The notes: a model not told the origin generated them from the letters alone. Positions 46,495-57,661 are shown, counted from the stretch's first letter. The stretch: 64,000 nt of DNA from Chloroflexota bacterium (GCA_027623675.1 JAQBVF010000014.1:1-64000); one strand, 5' to 3'. Numbers and translations are program-made.

Positions 46495-47649
46495 TTACCG
46501 GAAAAATCCCCGGTTCTTGCCGCCGGTCTGGCGACGCAAGAAACTGGGCACGTCCAGTTCTTCTTCCGACTGAGGGATCACGTCCTGCAGCAACCGCTCC
46601 AGTTCGTCCTCCCGCAGTTGTTGGTTCTCGGCAACCACCGGGAACGCCGCGGCCACCATGGTGATCTTGACCTCGTCTTCCAGCTTGGGATCTCGGCAGG
46701 TGCCGAAGATGATATTGGCGTCGGGGTCGGACAGGTCCTGTATCACGTGGGCAGCGTCTTGGACCTCTTTGAGGGTCAAGGTGGGTCCGCCGCTGATGAC
46801 GAACAGGATGCGGCGGGCGCCGTCCATGGAGATGTCGAGCAGGGGACTCTTGGTGGCCATCCGGGCTGCGTCCACCGCGCGGTTCTCGCCCTTGCCCCGG
46901 CCGATGGCCAGCCAAGCGGGACCGGCATTGTTCAAGATGGTCCGCACGTCGGCGAAGTCAACGTTGATCTCACCGGGCACGGTCACAACTTCGGCTATGG
47001 CTTGGATGCCCTGTTGCAGGACCGAGTCGGCCATCTTCAAGGCGTCTTCCCAGGTATAGGTATGCTCACCCTGAGAGTTCAGCTGCAGCAAGCGGTCGTT
47101 GTCGATCACGATCAGGGTATCGACGTTATCCTTGAGCCTGGCGATGCCTTCCTCAGCGTTCTTCTTCCGCATGTTGGCTTCGAAGGAGAAAGGCCGGCTG
47201 ACCACAGCCACGGTCAGGGCTCCGGACTCCTTGGCGATCTGGGCGATCACCGGAGCGGCTCCCGTTCCCGTTCCGCCGCCCATGCCCACGGCCAGAAATA
47301 CCATGTCGGCGCCTTCCAGGGATTTCTCAATGTCGTGGCGGCTCTCTTCGGCCGCTTGCCGGCCCAGGTCCGGGTTGGCGCCGGAGCCCAAGCCTCTGGT
47401 CAGGTTTTGGCCGATGGCCAGGCGGTGGGACACGTCACAGCGGAAAAGGTGCTGTGCGTCCGTATTCACGCTGAAATACTCAACCACAGGCAGCTTATCT
47501 TTGAACATTCGACTGACGGCATTGCTTCCGCCTCCGCCCACGCCCATCACCTTGATGTTGGGCGAACCGGCGTTTATCTCCTGCACCATGTCGAACGTGT
47601 TGTCTGCGTCTCTGCTGGGTTCCCAGGCTGCCGAGTTGTCTAGTGCCAT
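46495..47649 (-). CDS. ftsZ: Cell division protein FtsZ
   Basis: GVGGGGSNA, NTDAQ, GGGTGTG, INVDFAD, C-terminal LDVPSFLR. Confidence 0.98.
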   Translation of the reverse strand: MALDNSAAWEPSRDADNTFDMVQEINAGSPNIKVMGVGGGGSNAVSRMFKDKLPVVEYFSVNTDAQHLFRCDVSHRLAIGQNLTRGLGSGANPDLGRQAAEESRHDIEKSLEGADMVFLAVGMGGGTGTGAAPVIAQIAKESGALTVAVVSRPFSFEANMRKKNAEEGIARLKDNVDTLIVIDNDRLLQLNSQGEHTYTWEDALKMADSVLQQGIQAIAEVVTVPGEINVDFADVRTILNNAGPAWLAIGRGKGENRAVDAARMATKSPLLDISMDGARRILFVISGGPTLTLKEVQDAAHVIQDLSDPDANIIFGTCRDPKLEDEVKITMVAAAFPVVAENQQLREDELERLLQDVIPQSEEELDVPSFLRRQTGGKNRGFFR

Positions 47650-47824
47650 TCTAGGGCCTCCACATCTTCATCATCGTTTTGGTATTGGAGCCGTCATCCC
47701 GGCTCCCTTTAAGTTTTGTTTGGCTGCTACGAGTCTTGGGTCCGATCTTACCGGGTCCGTTGTCCGGGTAGAACCCGGAGCGCCGGCGCGAATGTTCGGC
47801 GTCGGCGGCTAGGTGGCCGCCGGT

Positions 47825-49081
47825 TCATCTATTTGCTGCTGCCGAGTTTTTCCTGCCCAACCCCCATCGCCAAGATTTGTTACCCATTATCGATCGGCCT
47901 CCGTTCTTTCCGTTCAAGGAAGACCGTGTCTCGCCCTGGTGCTTGATCCCCCAGAGAAGCAGACCCACAGAGGCTGAGAAGGCCGGTTTCCTGAGCTGTG
48001 CCGGCAGTCCGGCGATGCCCTCCGGGTAGGCGATACGGACCTGTCCACCCAGGGTTTTTTGGACCAATTCCGCCAGCCCGGTCATCTCCGCTCCGCCGCC
48101 GGTCAGCACGATACCGGCTGCGGGGAACTCTCTAAGTCCGGACTGCCTCACCTTCAATACGATCATCTTGATCAGCTCCATCATCCTGGCGTGCAATGGC
48201 TCGCACAGGACCCGGCGGGACAGCGAATGTTTGGGCTGTCCTTGGAAGCTGGGGATCACCACCTGTTGGTCGGCGGGGATGGATTCGGGCATCACGCTGC
48301 CCCATTTGATCTTCATCTCTTCGGTCATGTACATCGGTGTTTTGAGTGCCACCGACAGGTCACGGGTCAGTTGGCTGCCGCCCACCGGAATCACCGCCGA
48401 ATACCACGGCTGTCCCTGGCGGTAGATCGCGATGTCGGTAGTCCCGCCACCGATGTCCACCAGGACCACGCCCATCTCACGTTCGTCGCCGGTAAGAGTA
48501 GACTCGGCGGACGCCAAAGAGTGCAGCACCATGCTTTTCACCGAAGCCTTGTTGGCCTCGATCACTCTAACCGTGTTCTTCAGCGTGACGGCGTCTCCAA
48601 TCACAACGTGGGCTTCCACCTCCACCAGGCTGCCGTGAAGTCCCACTGGATTGCGGATACCGGACATGCCGTCGACGTGGTAGCCGATGGGTATGACGTG
48701 CAGCACTTCTTGGCCCGGTCCCACGTCCGGGAAGGAACCGCGGAGCAAGCGGTCCAACAACTTGCCGGAGATGTCGCCAACGTCGTTGGGGTTGTCCACG
48801 ATCTCTTTGGTGTTCAGTGAACTCAGATGAGTGCCGGTGACGCTGGTGTAAACACCGGTGGAAGCCCCCTTTCCGACGTAGCGCTGGGCCTCTTCCATGG
48901 ACGACTGGACGGCCTCTCGGACCTCGTCCAGATTCTCGATCCGTCCCTTCTGCATGCCCTGAGAAGTTACAACTCCGGTACCGAGCACCTTGAGCTCTCC
49001 CTCAGTACCCACCCGCGCCATGATGGAGGTAACTTTATCGGTCCCAATGTCTACCGCGGTATAGAACGTATCTCTTGCCAA
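47825..49081 (-). CDS. ftsA: Cell division protein FtsA
   Basis: DIGTDK, VDIGGGTTD, VLTGGG; upstream of ftsZ. Confidence 0.96.
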   Translation of the reverse strand: MARDTFYTAVDIGTDKVTSIMARVGTEGELKVLGTGVVTSQGMQKGRIENLDEVREAVQSSMEEAQRYVGKGASTGVYTSVTGTHLSSLNTKEIVDNPNDVGDISGKLLDRLLRGSFPDVGPGQEVLHVIPIGYHVDGMSGIRNPVGLHGSLVEVEAHVVIGDAVTLKNTVRVIEANKASVKSMVLHSLASAESTLTGDEREMGVVLVDIGGGTTDIAIYRQGQPWYSAVIPVGGSQLTRDLSVALKTPMYMTEEMKIKWGSVMPESIPADQQVVIPSFQGQPKHSLSRRVLCEPLHARMMELIKMIVLKVRQSGLREFPAAGIVLTGGGAEMTGLAELVQKTLGGQVRIAYPEGIAGLPAQLRKPAFSASVGLLLWGIKHQGETRSSLNGKNGGRSIMGNKSWRWGLGRKNSAAANR

Positions 49082-49204
49082 CCTGTCACCTTCCTTATGT
49101 TCTCCGGTTGTTCCCGTGTTTGCCCGTTCTGTGTTAGGACTGGTCTTGCAGTCGCGGCCCTCTCTAACAGGGTCCGCTTATCTCAATATTGATTAGCCTT
49201 CCGG

Positions 49205-50275
49205 CTAGATTCTCTCGGCGGTCCGCAACTTGGCGCTGCGGCTCCGGGGATTGGTTTGGACCTCTGCCTCCGACGGTTTGATAACCCGCCGGTTGATGAT
49301 CTTTAGCCGCGGCGTCTGGTTGCAGACGCACACCGGCAGGCTGGGAGGGCAGACGCAGGTGGCCGCCTCTCGATTAAAGAACGATTTGATGATTCGGTCT
49401 TCCAAACTGTGATAGCTGATCACCGCCAACCGCCCGCCGGTGGCGAGCAGCCCGACCGCGGCATCAAGACCCTGCCCGACATTGGTGAGTTCGTCGTTCA
49501 CGGCGATGCGGAGGGCTTGGAAAGTCTTGGTTGCCGGATTGACCCGTTGACCGGGCCGGCGTCCCACTACCGATTCAATGAGGGAAGCCAATTGGCCGGT
49601 GGTGGTTACGGGCCGCTGCTTGACGATGGCCCTGGCGATGCTCATGCCACGGGGTTCTTCCCCGTAACGCCGTATGAGCTGGCCAAGCTCGCGTTCCTCG
49701 TAGGTGTTCACTATCTCTTCGGCGGTGATATCGCCGTCCGGGTCGTAGCGCATGTCCAGCGGCTCGTCGGTCTGAAAACTCAGACCGTAGCCAGGGAGTT
49801 CGACCTGTCGGGATGAGAAACCCAGGTCTAAAAGTACTCCATCCACACTGGACATCCCGTTTTCTTCGGCCAGGGAGGCCATATCCGAGTAGTTGCCGGA
49901 GACGGGAACGAAACGGCTGCCGAACTCGGCCAGCCGCAACTGGGCCGTCGCCAAAGAGCGCCGGTCCCGGTCGATCCCTAATACGGACCTGACCGGGGGT
50001 TCGGACAGGAGGATGGCCTGGGAGTGGCCGCCCTCTCCGGCGGTCCCATCGACGTACACGCCGTTCTCTCGCAGCATCAATGCGCTCAGGGATTCAGCCA
50101 GAAGCACCGGAAGGTGGGTTATGTGTCCCTGGTCTCCGGTTTGGAAGAGGTCTAATTTATGGCTGCCGGAATGATTCATGGTCAGGCCCATATGCCCCGT
50201 TTGCCAAGCGAATGACGTCCCACCGGTTTCGGTGGTTCTTTCCCCAACGGTTCTAATTTGAGTTGCCAGCGTCAC
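49205..50275 (-). CDS. rsmH: 16S rRNA m4C1402 methyltransferase (start uncertain)
   Basis: HLPVL, DGTAGEGGHS, DLGFSS, LDMR, FQALRIAVN, ISYHSLEDR, NPRSRSAKLR. Confidence 0.96.
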   Translation of the reverse strand: MTLATQIRTVGERTTETGGTSFAWQTGHMGLTMNHSGSHKLDLFQTGDQGHITHLPVLLAESLSALMLRENGVYVDGTAGEGGHSQAILLSEPPVRSVLGIDRDRRSLATAQLRLAEFGSRFVPVSGNYSDMASLAEENGMSSVDGVLLDLGFSSRQVELPGYGLSFQTDEPLDMRYDPDGDITAEEIVNTYEERELGQLIRRYGEEPRGMSIARAIVKQRPVTTTGQLASLIESVVGRRPGQRVNPATKTFQALRIAVNDELTNVGQGLDAAVGLLATGGRLAVISYHSLEDRIIKSFFNREAATCVCPPSLPVCVCNQTPRLKIINRRVIKPSEAEVQTNPRSRSAKLRTAERI

Positions 50276-50785
50276 CCGCCGCTCCCATTCGCTGTAATTA
50301 CCACAGCGCCCACATCACTTCTATTGACAACTGCCCGTTGCATCATCCGGCCGGGGCGAGGATGCTTTTAACTGGGGGATTCCGGCAAAACTCTCGCCAA
50401 CAACCCAAGCACACCGCGGGATATTCCCCGGGAATCCTGCTGCCCGGCGTCCCGATCGCCGATCGGGGTGCACCTGAGATTAACAACTGATGGACATAAT
50501 GGTCAATGGAATTTGGGTGCAATTTTAGTAATTTCTTAGACTTATGTTAATTTTGGTCTAAATATAAGAAATGTCCAAAGCGGGGCGGCCGATCTATCAC
50601 CGGGTTCGGGCCTTTTTGGGGCCGTCTATGCCCTGCCTTATCGGACGGTTGCCGGCCTGATAATCAAATGCTCAGCCAGGCCGGGCCGGGCGAACAGGCA
50701 CAACCATCAGGAAATAACCGGGTAGGCAGCCCGCTATCAGGCGTCATCCAGTCCGCCGAATCGGGATGGGATTAACGCTCAGGTA

Positions 50786-50794
50786 TGCTATAAT
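50786..50794 (+). promoter_or_regulatory. Extended -10 promoter for tig-clpP-clpX
   Basis: TGCTATAAT. Confidence 0.55.
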
Positions 50795-50916
50795 CGTGTC
50801 TACCCGAACACGCCGCCGGGCCACTCTTGCGCCCGCAGTTTGGGATGCCCATTTCCCGGCTGTTGTTTCAGCCCCAATTTGTTCCAGCTCAGGCTACGAA
50901 ACGGAGAGAAGAGTCG

Positions 50917-52320
50917 TTGAACGTAACAAGGGACACAGTTACAAACACTGAGGTCACCCTCACGATTTCCATGGATGCCGAAGATGAGGAGCCGTTCCTC
51001 AACCGTTCCTATAGAAGGGTGGCAAGCCGCGTCCGCATCCCCGGGTTCCGCCCCGGCAAAGCCCCCCGGTCGATCGTTGAAAGTCACATGGGCCGGGAAG
51101 CGCTGGTCCACGAGGCCTTGGAATTCATGATTCCCGAGTCCCTGGACAAGGTCTTGAAAGATGAAGACATCCAGGCGTTCATGGAACCGCGGCTAGAAGT
51201 GATTGACATGGCTCCCGTATCATTCAAAGCGGTGGTGCCGTTGGAGCCCATCGTGGAGCTGGGGGAGTTCCAGTCGATCCGCTTGGACAAGGAAGAGGTG
51301 GAAGTCACCGACGAGCAGGTCGAACACGTTCTCGAGGACTTGCGATTCGAGTCCGCCCCCTGGGAGCCAGTGGACCGCCCGGTCGCATTTGGCGATCTGG
51401 TGACCTTGAACGTTAAGGGGAACATCGGCGGGGAACAGGCTATCGAGGATGAAGGCATCGACTTCATTCCCCAGGAGGACAACAATCTGCCTCTGCCCGG
51501 CTTCTCCGCCAACCTTGAAGGCATGTCCGAGGGCGAGTCCAAGGAATTCACCCTGAACGTCCCCGACGACTACCCGCAGCAAGAGTACGCCGGGAAGGAA
51601 TGCCGGTTCGATGTTGACGTGATCTCCATCAAAGCCAAGAGCCTTCCGGAACTGGACGACGAATTTGCCAAGGGGGTCCGGGAGGGTTTTGAAAGCCTGG
51701 AGGCCCTTTCGAATCACGTCCGGCAGCGTCTTCACGACGAGGCTGAAGCCGCCGCCAATCGCCGCATGGAGCAGTCCAGCCTTGACGAGATCAAGAAACT
51801 GGCTAAAATCCAGGCCTCAGAACTGGTCTACGAGCGTGAATTGGATCTAATGTACGAGGAGCGTGAACGTGCCCTGCGCAACCAGCGTATGGACATGGAA
51901 CTCTACCTTAGTTACATGGGCCAGACCGCCGAGGAACTAAGGGAGCAGATGAAGCCTCAAGCTGAAGACCGCTTGAACACCATGCTGCTCCTCCGGAAAT
52001 TGGCCGACGTCGAAGAGATTGAGGTCTCCGATGAGGAAGTTCAGGCAGAGATCGACAATCTGATCGCCTCCAACGGGGGTGATTCGGAAGATTCCACCAT
52101 GAGGCAGGCCCTCAGCACCCAGAACGCGCTGGACTCGATCAGGTCCGGCCTGCTGAACCGGAAGATCATGGCCCGGCTGGTTGAGATAACCCAAGGGAAG
52201 GCGTCCGCCGCCCCAGCCGCCGAAGCCCCAACTGAATCCTCAATCGAAGAACCCCAAGCGGATACGGATAACGAAGCCCAGCCGGAAGATGAATCAACAC
52301 CGGCAGAAGATGCCACTTAG
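50917..52320 (+). CDS. tig: Trigger factor
   Basis: [14 protein letters not shown]-like domain, [13 protein letters not shown] start with GGAG upstream. Confidence 0.96.
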   Translation: MNVTRDTVTNTEVTLTISMDAEDEEPFLNRSYRRVASRVRIPGFRPGKAPRSIVESHMGREALVHEALEFMIPESLDKVLKDEDIQAFMEPRLEVIDMAPVSFKAVVPLEPIVELGEFQSIRLDKEEVEVTDEQVEHVLEDLRFESAPWEPVDRPVAFGDLVTLNVKGNIGGEQAIEDEGIDFIPQEDNNLPLPGFSANLEGMSEGESKEFTLNVPDDYPQQEYAGKECRFDVDVISIKAKSLPELDDEFAKGVREGFESLEALSNHVRQRLHDEAEAAANRRMEQSSLDEIKKLAKIQASELVYERELDLMYEERERALRNQRMDMELYLSYMGQTAEELREQMKPQAEDRLNTMLLLRKLADVEEIEVSDEEVQAEIDNLIASNGGDSEDSTMRQALSTQNALDSIRSGLLNRKIMARLVEITQGKASAAPAAEAPTESSIEEPQADTDNEAQPEDESTPAEDAT

Positions 52321-52364
52321 TTAAAGATCCGAGTGTTAAAGAACCGAGTAAGGAGCGCACCTCG

Positions 52365-53003
52365 ATGCAACAAGTCCCAAATTCCAACGGATTATTCACC
52401 CCGCAAAACATCGTCCCCATGGTCATCGAAACCAGCCCAAGGGGCGAGCGGGCTTTCGACATATATTCTCTGCTGTTGAAAGAGCGAATCATCTTCTTAG
52501 GCACCCCGATCAACGACCAGGTTGCCAACGTCATCATCGCCCAGCTGTTGTTCCTTGAGCGGGAGGACCCGGACAAGGGCATCAACCTGTACATCAATAG
52601 TCCTGGCGGCGTGATCAGCGCCGGCCTGGCCATCTACGACACCATGCACTTGATCAAGCCAGAGGTCTCCACCATCTGCATCGGCATGGCGGCGAGCATG
52701 GCGACCATCCTGCTTTCGGGCGGCCAAAAGGGCAAGCGCTACGTGCTGCCCAACTCCACCGTTCACATGCACCAGCCATTGGGCGGCGCCCAAGGTCAGG
52801 CATCCGACATCGAGATCGCGGCCCGGGAGATCATCCGGCTGCAAGACAAGATTCGGACCATGCTCTCCGAGAACACGGGACAGACCTACGACAAGATTGC
52901 CCGGGATACCGACCGCGACTACTACCTGACTGCCGAACAGGCGTTGGAATATTCATTGGTGGACGAGATACTTGGCTCCAAAGCTGAGGAAGACGAGTCA
53001 TAA
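52365..53003 (+). CDS. clpP: ATP-dependent Clp protease proteolytic subunit
   Basis: [35 protein letters not shown]. Confidence 0.98.
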   Translation: MQQVPNSNGLFTPQNIVPMVIETSPRGERAFDIYSLLLKERIIFLGTPINDQVANVIIAQLLFLEREDPDKGINLYINSPGGVISAGLAIYDTMHLIKPEVSTICIGMAASMATILLSGGQKGKRYVLPNSTVHMHQPLGGAQGQASDIEIAAREIIRLQDKIRTMLSENTGQTYDKIARDTDRDYYLTAEQALEYSLVDEILGSKAEEDES

Positions 53004-53040
53004 GCGATTCCGATTTTAAATCTGGCGTAGGTTTCGAGGG

Positions 53041-54342
53041 GTGAGTGTGGCTAACGGTAGGGGCGGAACCAGGCTTCCCAGATGTTCGTTCTGCGAGAAG
53101 GCCCAACCCCAGTCGGACATGGTTGTCGCTGGGAAGGGGGCCGCTGCGGTCTGTTATGACTGCATCAGGGTCTTGGGGCAGGTGGTGGAAGAGGAGACTC
53201 CGGCCATCGCCACGAAATACTTACCCGCCAGGCCCTTGGCTCCGCGGGAGATCTACGCCCACCTGGACACCTATGTGGTCGGACAGGAGAAGGCCAAGAA
53301 AGTCCTAAGCGTGGCGGTCTACAACCACTTCAAGCGGATCTGGAACGGTCACCAGCGTTCCGATTCGGAAGTGGAACTCCAGAAGAGCAATATCCTGCTG
53401 GTTGGCCCCACCGGCTGCGGCAAGACCCTCTTGGCTGAGACCCTGGCACGCACCCTCGACGTGCCTTTCGCCGTCTGCGACGCCACTTCCCTCACCGAGT
53501 CGGGATACGTCGGCGAGGACGTGGAAAACATTCTGCTCAGGCTGATCCAGGCCGCCGATTGGGACGTCACACGGGCCGAACACGGCATCATCTACATCGA
53601 CGAGCTGGACAAGATCGCCCGCAAAGAGGGCCTGAACCGGTCCATCACCCGTGACGTGTCCGGCGAGGGCGTGCAGCAAGAGCTATTGAAGATTGTGGAG
53701 GGCTGCGTCGCCAACGTCCCGCCCCAGGGCGGCCGGAAGCATCCGCATCAAGAATTCCTACAGATCGACACCCGCCACATCCTGTTTATCTGCGGCGGCG
53801 CCTTCGACGGACTGGAAGAGATCGTCGCCAAACGCCTGGGTTCCGGAGGGCCGCAATTGGGCTTTCTGGCCGGGGGGCGGAACGGCAAGGCACCCCATGG
53901 CAGCGGCCTGACTCAGGTGATTCCCGAAGACCTCTTGGAGTTTGGGTTCATCCCAGAGATGGTCGGACGACTGCCCGTCACCGTGGGATTGGAATCTCTG
54001 GACAAAGCCTCTTTGATCCGAGTGCTAACCGAGCCAAAGAACGCCATCGTCAAGCAGTACGAGCAATTGTTCAGTATGGACGGAGTGGAATTGGAGTTCA
54101 CTCCCCAAGCGCTAGAAGCCGCCGCGGAGCGCGCTCTGGAACAACAGACCGGCGCTCGATGCCTGCGGTATGTTATCGAAGACACCCTGTTGGACGTGAT
54201 GTACGACCTGCCATCGCTAGACGATGTGGTCCGGTGCGTGGTGGACCGTGAAGCGATAGAAGGCAGCAGGCCGCCCGAATTGTTCGACGACAACGACAAC
54301 ACTGTCGAGCTGCCGGCGCATCCGTTCAAGAAGTCCGCCTAG
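53041..54342 (+). CDS. clpX: ATP-dependent Clp protease ATP-binding subunit
   Basis: CSFC Zn finger, [34 protein letters not shown] loop. Confidence 0.97.
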   Translation: MSVANGRGGTRLPRCSFCEKAQPQSDMVVAGKGAAAVCYDCIRVLGQVVEEETPAIATKYLPARPLAPREIYAHLDTYVVGQEKAKKVLSVAVYNHFKRIWNGHQRSDSEVELQKSNILLVGPTGCGKTLLAETLARTLDVPFAVCDATSLTESGYVGEDVENILLRLIQAADWDVTRAEHGIIYIDELDKIARKEGLNRSITRDVSGEGVQQELLKIVEGCVANVPPQGGRKHPHQEFLQIDTRHILFICGGAFDGLEEIVAKRLGSGGPQLGFLAGGRNGKAPHGSGLTQVIPEDLLEFGFIPEMVGRLPVTVGLESLDKASLIRVLTEPKNAIVKQYEQLFSMDGVELEFTPQALEAAAERALEQQTGARCLRYVIEDTLLDVMYDLPSLDDVVRCVVDREAIEGSRPPELFDDNDNTVELPAHPFKKSA

Positions 54343-54416
54343 CCCTACACCGCGCTCTCGATTCCGACAGCCGTGGTTGCCGCGTAGTTCCAAGTTCCCA
54401 TTAATTAGTCACACGC

Positions 54417-55223
54417 CTATGACATGGCTTCAGCGATCTGACGGTCAAGGCATAGTCCGTGAGGCATGGACCGGGACAGCGGCGCTCCGGAAGTATCGAG
54501 GACCTGCCCGCCTTCGACAGAAACCTCACCTTGGCTCACGGCCCGCAGCGTCTCAAAAAGCAGATATGGCTCTCTCAGGTACTGTTCCCTGCGGATCGCT
54601 TGAAACAGCGGGAAATTCTCTCCCTCGGTCTCCTTTAATCCGGCCAGGTCTTGGTCTTGGAACGACTCCCATAGCTGGTCAAAACCGGGTCCGGTAATCG
54701 GGACCGTCACGTAGGAGATGACCGGTCCCCGGTCCACCTCTTCCGTGGCCAGGTGCACCATCGCCCCGGTCTTGGCGGCCCTGGTTTCAATCAAGCTCCA
54801 GACGACCTCTTGCCAGGTTCCGGTGGGGCCGTCGGGAAGGGCGGGGTGCAGGTTGAGCAGGGGATACTTGCGGCACAACTCGCCGCTGACTATCAGCATG
54901 TATCCGGCCAGCACGCAGATGTCCACGCCGGTCCCAGCCAACTTTTCCATGACCTGCCGGTCGAACTCATCGCGGTGTGCTGAGAACCTGCCGCCCGCAG
55001 CCTTGCGGAAAGCCGATGACGAATGGGTGATGAGGGGGATGCCGTAGCCGTCCACCAGCTTGAAAAACGCGTCCGAACCCTCGGCTTCGCCCCGTTCCCG
55101 GTTGCTGAAAACAAAGTCTATGCGGGCGTCGGCGCCGGTCTCAACCAAGCGCTCCTGCACGAAACTGAGAAGCCCCCGAGAACCTTCCCCCCGGCCGGTG
55201 GAGAACCACCCGATACTCAACAT
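54417..55223 (-). CDS. purN: Phosphoribosylglycinamide formyltransferase-like protein
   Basis: STGRG, VLAGYMLI, NLHPALP, GAMVH, VDRGPVI. Confidence 0.8.
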   Translation of the reverse strand: MLSIGWFSTGRGEGSRGLLSFVQERLVETGADARIDFVFSNRERGEAEGSDAFFKLVDGYGIPLITHSSSAFRKAAGGRFSAHRDEFDRQVMEKLAGTGVDICVLAGYMLIVSGELCRKYPLLNLHPALPDGPTGTWQEVVWSLIETRAAKTGAMVHLATEEVDRGPVISYVTVPITGPGFDQLWESFQDQDLAGLKETEGENFPLFQAIRREQYLREPYLLFETLRAVSQGEVSVEGGQVLDTSGAPLSRSMPHGLCLDRQIAEAMS

Positions 55224-55271
55224 CCTTAGGTCAACACCTCTCCCAACACATTCACCGAGCCTCGGTTCTTC

Positions 55272-55550
55272 CTAATCCTCATCCATATCGTCCGGGTCGT
55301 CAAACCCGTTCTGCGCGCTATCTGAACGGAAGGACTCCTTCAGTTCGGTGATCTTCAGTTCGGCGTTATTCAAAAGCTCGTTGCAGTGCTTCACCAACTC
55401 CATCCCCTCTTCAAAACGGGAGGTGGCCTCGGCCAATGTCAGGCCGCCCGCCTCCAGTTGATCGGCCATCTCACTCAGGCGGTGAAATGAGTCTTCAAAA
55501 CTGACTTGCTCGGCATCAGGATCGGGCGTGGGCTTCCGGGGTCTGGCCAT
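55272..55550 (-). CDS. xseB: Exodeoxyribonuclease VII small subunit
   Basis: SFED...LEAGGLTL...FEEGMEL..C...L..AELKI. Confidence 0.93.
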   Translation of the reverse strand: MARPRKPTPDPDAEQVSFEDSFHRLSEMADQLEAGGLTLAEATSRFEEGMELVKHCNELLNNAELKITELKESFRSDSAQNGFDDPDDMDED

Positions 55551-55641
55551 GGGTTGGACTCCTGCAGGGCGGTTTTCCAGAGACGACTTCCCCGCGGCAC
55601 AAGCATGCCAGCAGAGCGCGGAAACCGCAAGGGGGTGGACG

Positions 55642-56922
55642 CTACAAAAGCGGGGCCATCCCGTTCGGCTGGGCCGGCTTGGCCTTCGGTTTGGGTTGGC
55701 TTTCTCGGGGCGAGGCCGCTTTGGCCGAAGACGCTGAGTCGGGACCGGACCCTGCCACTGCCCGGACTGCGCCATCGGTCACGGTAATCTCCAGCGCGTC
55801 GCCGTTCGAGACCTGTTTAACGCTGGAAACCACCAGCCCAGTGGCGGGAAGCTGCACTATGGAGAAGCCCCGGCCCAACGTGGCCACCGGGTCCAAGGCT
55901 CGCAGCCGGTGGCTGATTCCTTCGACCTGGACCTTGTTCTCGCGGAGCAGTCTTAACGACGCCGACGCCAATACCTGCCCCCGATCATCGACTCGCCGAC
56001 GCAGGTCTTGGGTGTCGGGCAGGCCCCGTTCCATGCGGCGCCGGACCTCCAACAGGTCGGAACGGCCGCGCGAGGTCTGGTCCATCAAAACTCGAAATAG
56101 CAGTGACGCGGCAACATCGAGGTCCCGCCGGAGCACATAGGCGTCGGGCACTACCAACTCGGCGGCCGCTGAGGGGGTCGGCGCCCGAACGTCGGCCACA
56201 TAGTCGGCGATGGTCTCATCAGTCTCATGGCCCACGGCGCTGACCACTGGCGTTTTGCAGGCATAGATGGCCCTGGCCACAACCTCTTCGTTGAAGGGCC
56301 ACAGGTCCTCGAGGGACCCGCCGCCGCGCCCAACGATTATCACGTCGCAGCCGCCCTCCCGGTCCAGCAATTCCAGGGCCGCGGCAATCTTGGGCGCCGC
56401 CTCCGCCCCCTGGACGATGGTTGGCGAAAGGACGAGTTCAGCCAAAGGATACCGGCGGGCCATGACGTTCTGAATGTCGTGAAACACAGCGCCGGTGGGC
56501 GACGTCACCACACCGACTTTCTTGGGGAACTTGGGCAGTTGCCGTTTGCGGCTCGTCTCGAATAGACCCTCAGCGGCCAATTTCTGCTTGAGCCGCTCCA
56601 ACTCCAATGCTAGTTCCCCCGCACCTTCGGGCATCGCTATGTCGACATTGAAGTCGGTGGTGCCCCGCGGGGTGTAGAAAGTTATGCGGCCATGTACCGA
56701 GACCGAAGCGCCTTCTTCGAGCAGGTTAACGCCGTGTTGGTTGCGGAACATGACGCAACGCAGCAGGCTTTCACGGTCTTTGAGGCTGAAATAGCGGTGG
56801 CCTGCGGACGAGGCAGTTAGTCCGGAAACCTCCCCAACGATCCACAGATCGGTCAACAAAGGGTCGGATTCCAGCGACTCCTTGATGTGTGAAGAAACCT
56901 GGCTAACGGTGTAGACAGCCAC
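55642..56922 (-). CDS. xseA: Exodeoxyribonuclease VII large subunit
   Basis: GHRYFSLKD, RGGGSLEDLWPFN, GHETD, RAPTPSAAAE. Confidence 0.97.
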   Translation of the reverse strand: MAVYTVSQVSSHIKESLESDPLLTDLWIVGEVSGLTASSAGHRYFSLKDRESLLRCVMFRNQHGVNLLEEGASVSVHGRITFYTPRGTTDFNVDIAMPEGAGELALELERLKQKLAAEGLFETSRKRQLPKFPKKVGVVTSPTGAVFHDIQNVMARRYPLAELVLSPTIVQGAEAAPKIAAALELLDREGGCDVIIVGRGGGSLEDLWPFNEEVVARAIYACKTPVVSAVGHETDETIADYVADVRAPTPSAAAELVVPDAYVLRRDLDVAASLLFRVLMDQTSRGRSDLLEVRRRMERGLPDTQDLRRRVDDRGQVLASASLRLLRENKVQVEGISHRLRALDPVATLGRGFSIVQLPATGLVVSSVKQVSNGDALEITVTDGAVRAVAGSGPDSASSAKAASPRESQPKPKAKPAQPNGMAPLL

Positions 56923-56925
56923 GGC

Positions 56926-57492
56926 CTAGCTCACGCGCTCGGTGTACTCTCCGGTGCGGGTGTCCACCCGGATGACCGTCCCGGGAGTGATGAACATGGG
57001 GACCGTCACGCGCAGTCCGGTCTCCAGCGTGGCCGGCTTGTTTCCGCCCTGGGCGGTGTCGCCGCGGAATGACGGCGGCGTCTCGGTCACTTCCAGCTCC
57101 ACGTGGGTTGGCAGCTTCACACTGATCGCGGCGCCGTTGTAGAGCACCACGTCAACCATCATCTGTTCCTTCAGGTAGTCCAGAGAGCTTCCCAATATAT
57201 CTTTGGTCAGGTCGTATTGGTCGAAAGTCTCCTGGTCCATGAAGAAGTAGAAGTTACCGTCGGTGTACAGGTACTGGGTTGGCCTGGTGTCGATATCGGC
57301 CATCGTGAACCCGGTGTCATAACGCTGGAAGGTGCGCTCTACCACGGCTCCACTCAGCAGGTTCTTCATCTTGATGCGGGTAACGGGCGCCCTCTGCTGC
57401 ATCTTGTGGCGCTCGTAGTCCATCACCTCCCAGGGTTGGCCGTCCAGTTCAATCACGAGCCCACGGCTGAGGTCGCTGAAGTTGATGCTCAT
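56926..57492 (-). CDS. efp: Translation elongation factor P
   Basis: QYLY, FMDQETFDQ, RGDTA, KPATLETG, VPMFI, VDTRTGEY. Confidence 0.96.
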   Translation of the reverse strand: MSINFSDLSRGLVIELDGQPWEVMDYERHKMQQRAPVTRIKMKNLLSGAVVERTFQRYDTGFTMADIDTRPTQYLYTDGNFYFFMDQETFDQYDLTKDILGSSLDYLKEQMMVDVVLYNGAAISVKLPTHVELEVTETPPSFRGDTAQGGNKPATLETGLRVTVPMFITPGTVIRVDTRTGEYTERVS

Positions 57493-57625
57493 CTGGGGTT
57501 CCTCCGGGTCTGGGGTCGAGGGATCCTGCCTGCTGAGGGAATGGGCCGCCGCAGATCACAGACTCCAATCTCCGGTAGAGAGTGTATCACTAAGACGCTC
57601 GCCATAGGCTGGACCGGGCTCCTTT

Positions 57626-57661
57626 GTTATTTACGGGGTTATTTACGGGGTTATTTACGGG
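57626..57661. repeat. 12-bp tandem repeat x3 (GTTATTTACGGG)
   Basis: Read directly. Confidence 0.9.

Noticed and set aside
50276..50916. tRNA gene upstream of tig, or a hidden mraZ
   Set aside because: No cloverleaf or T-loop (GTTCRA) context and no MraZ-like ORF seen
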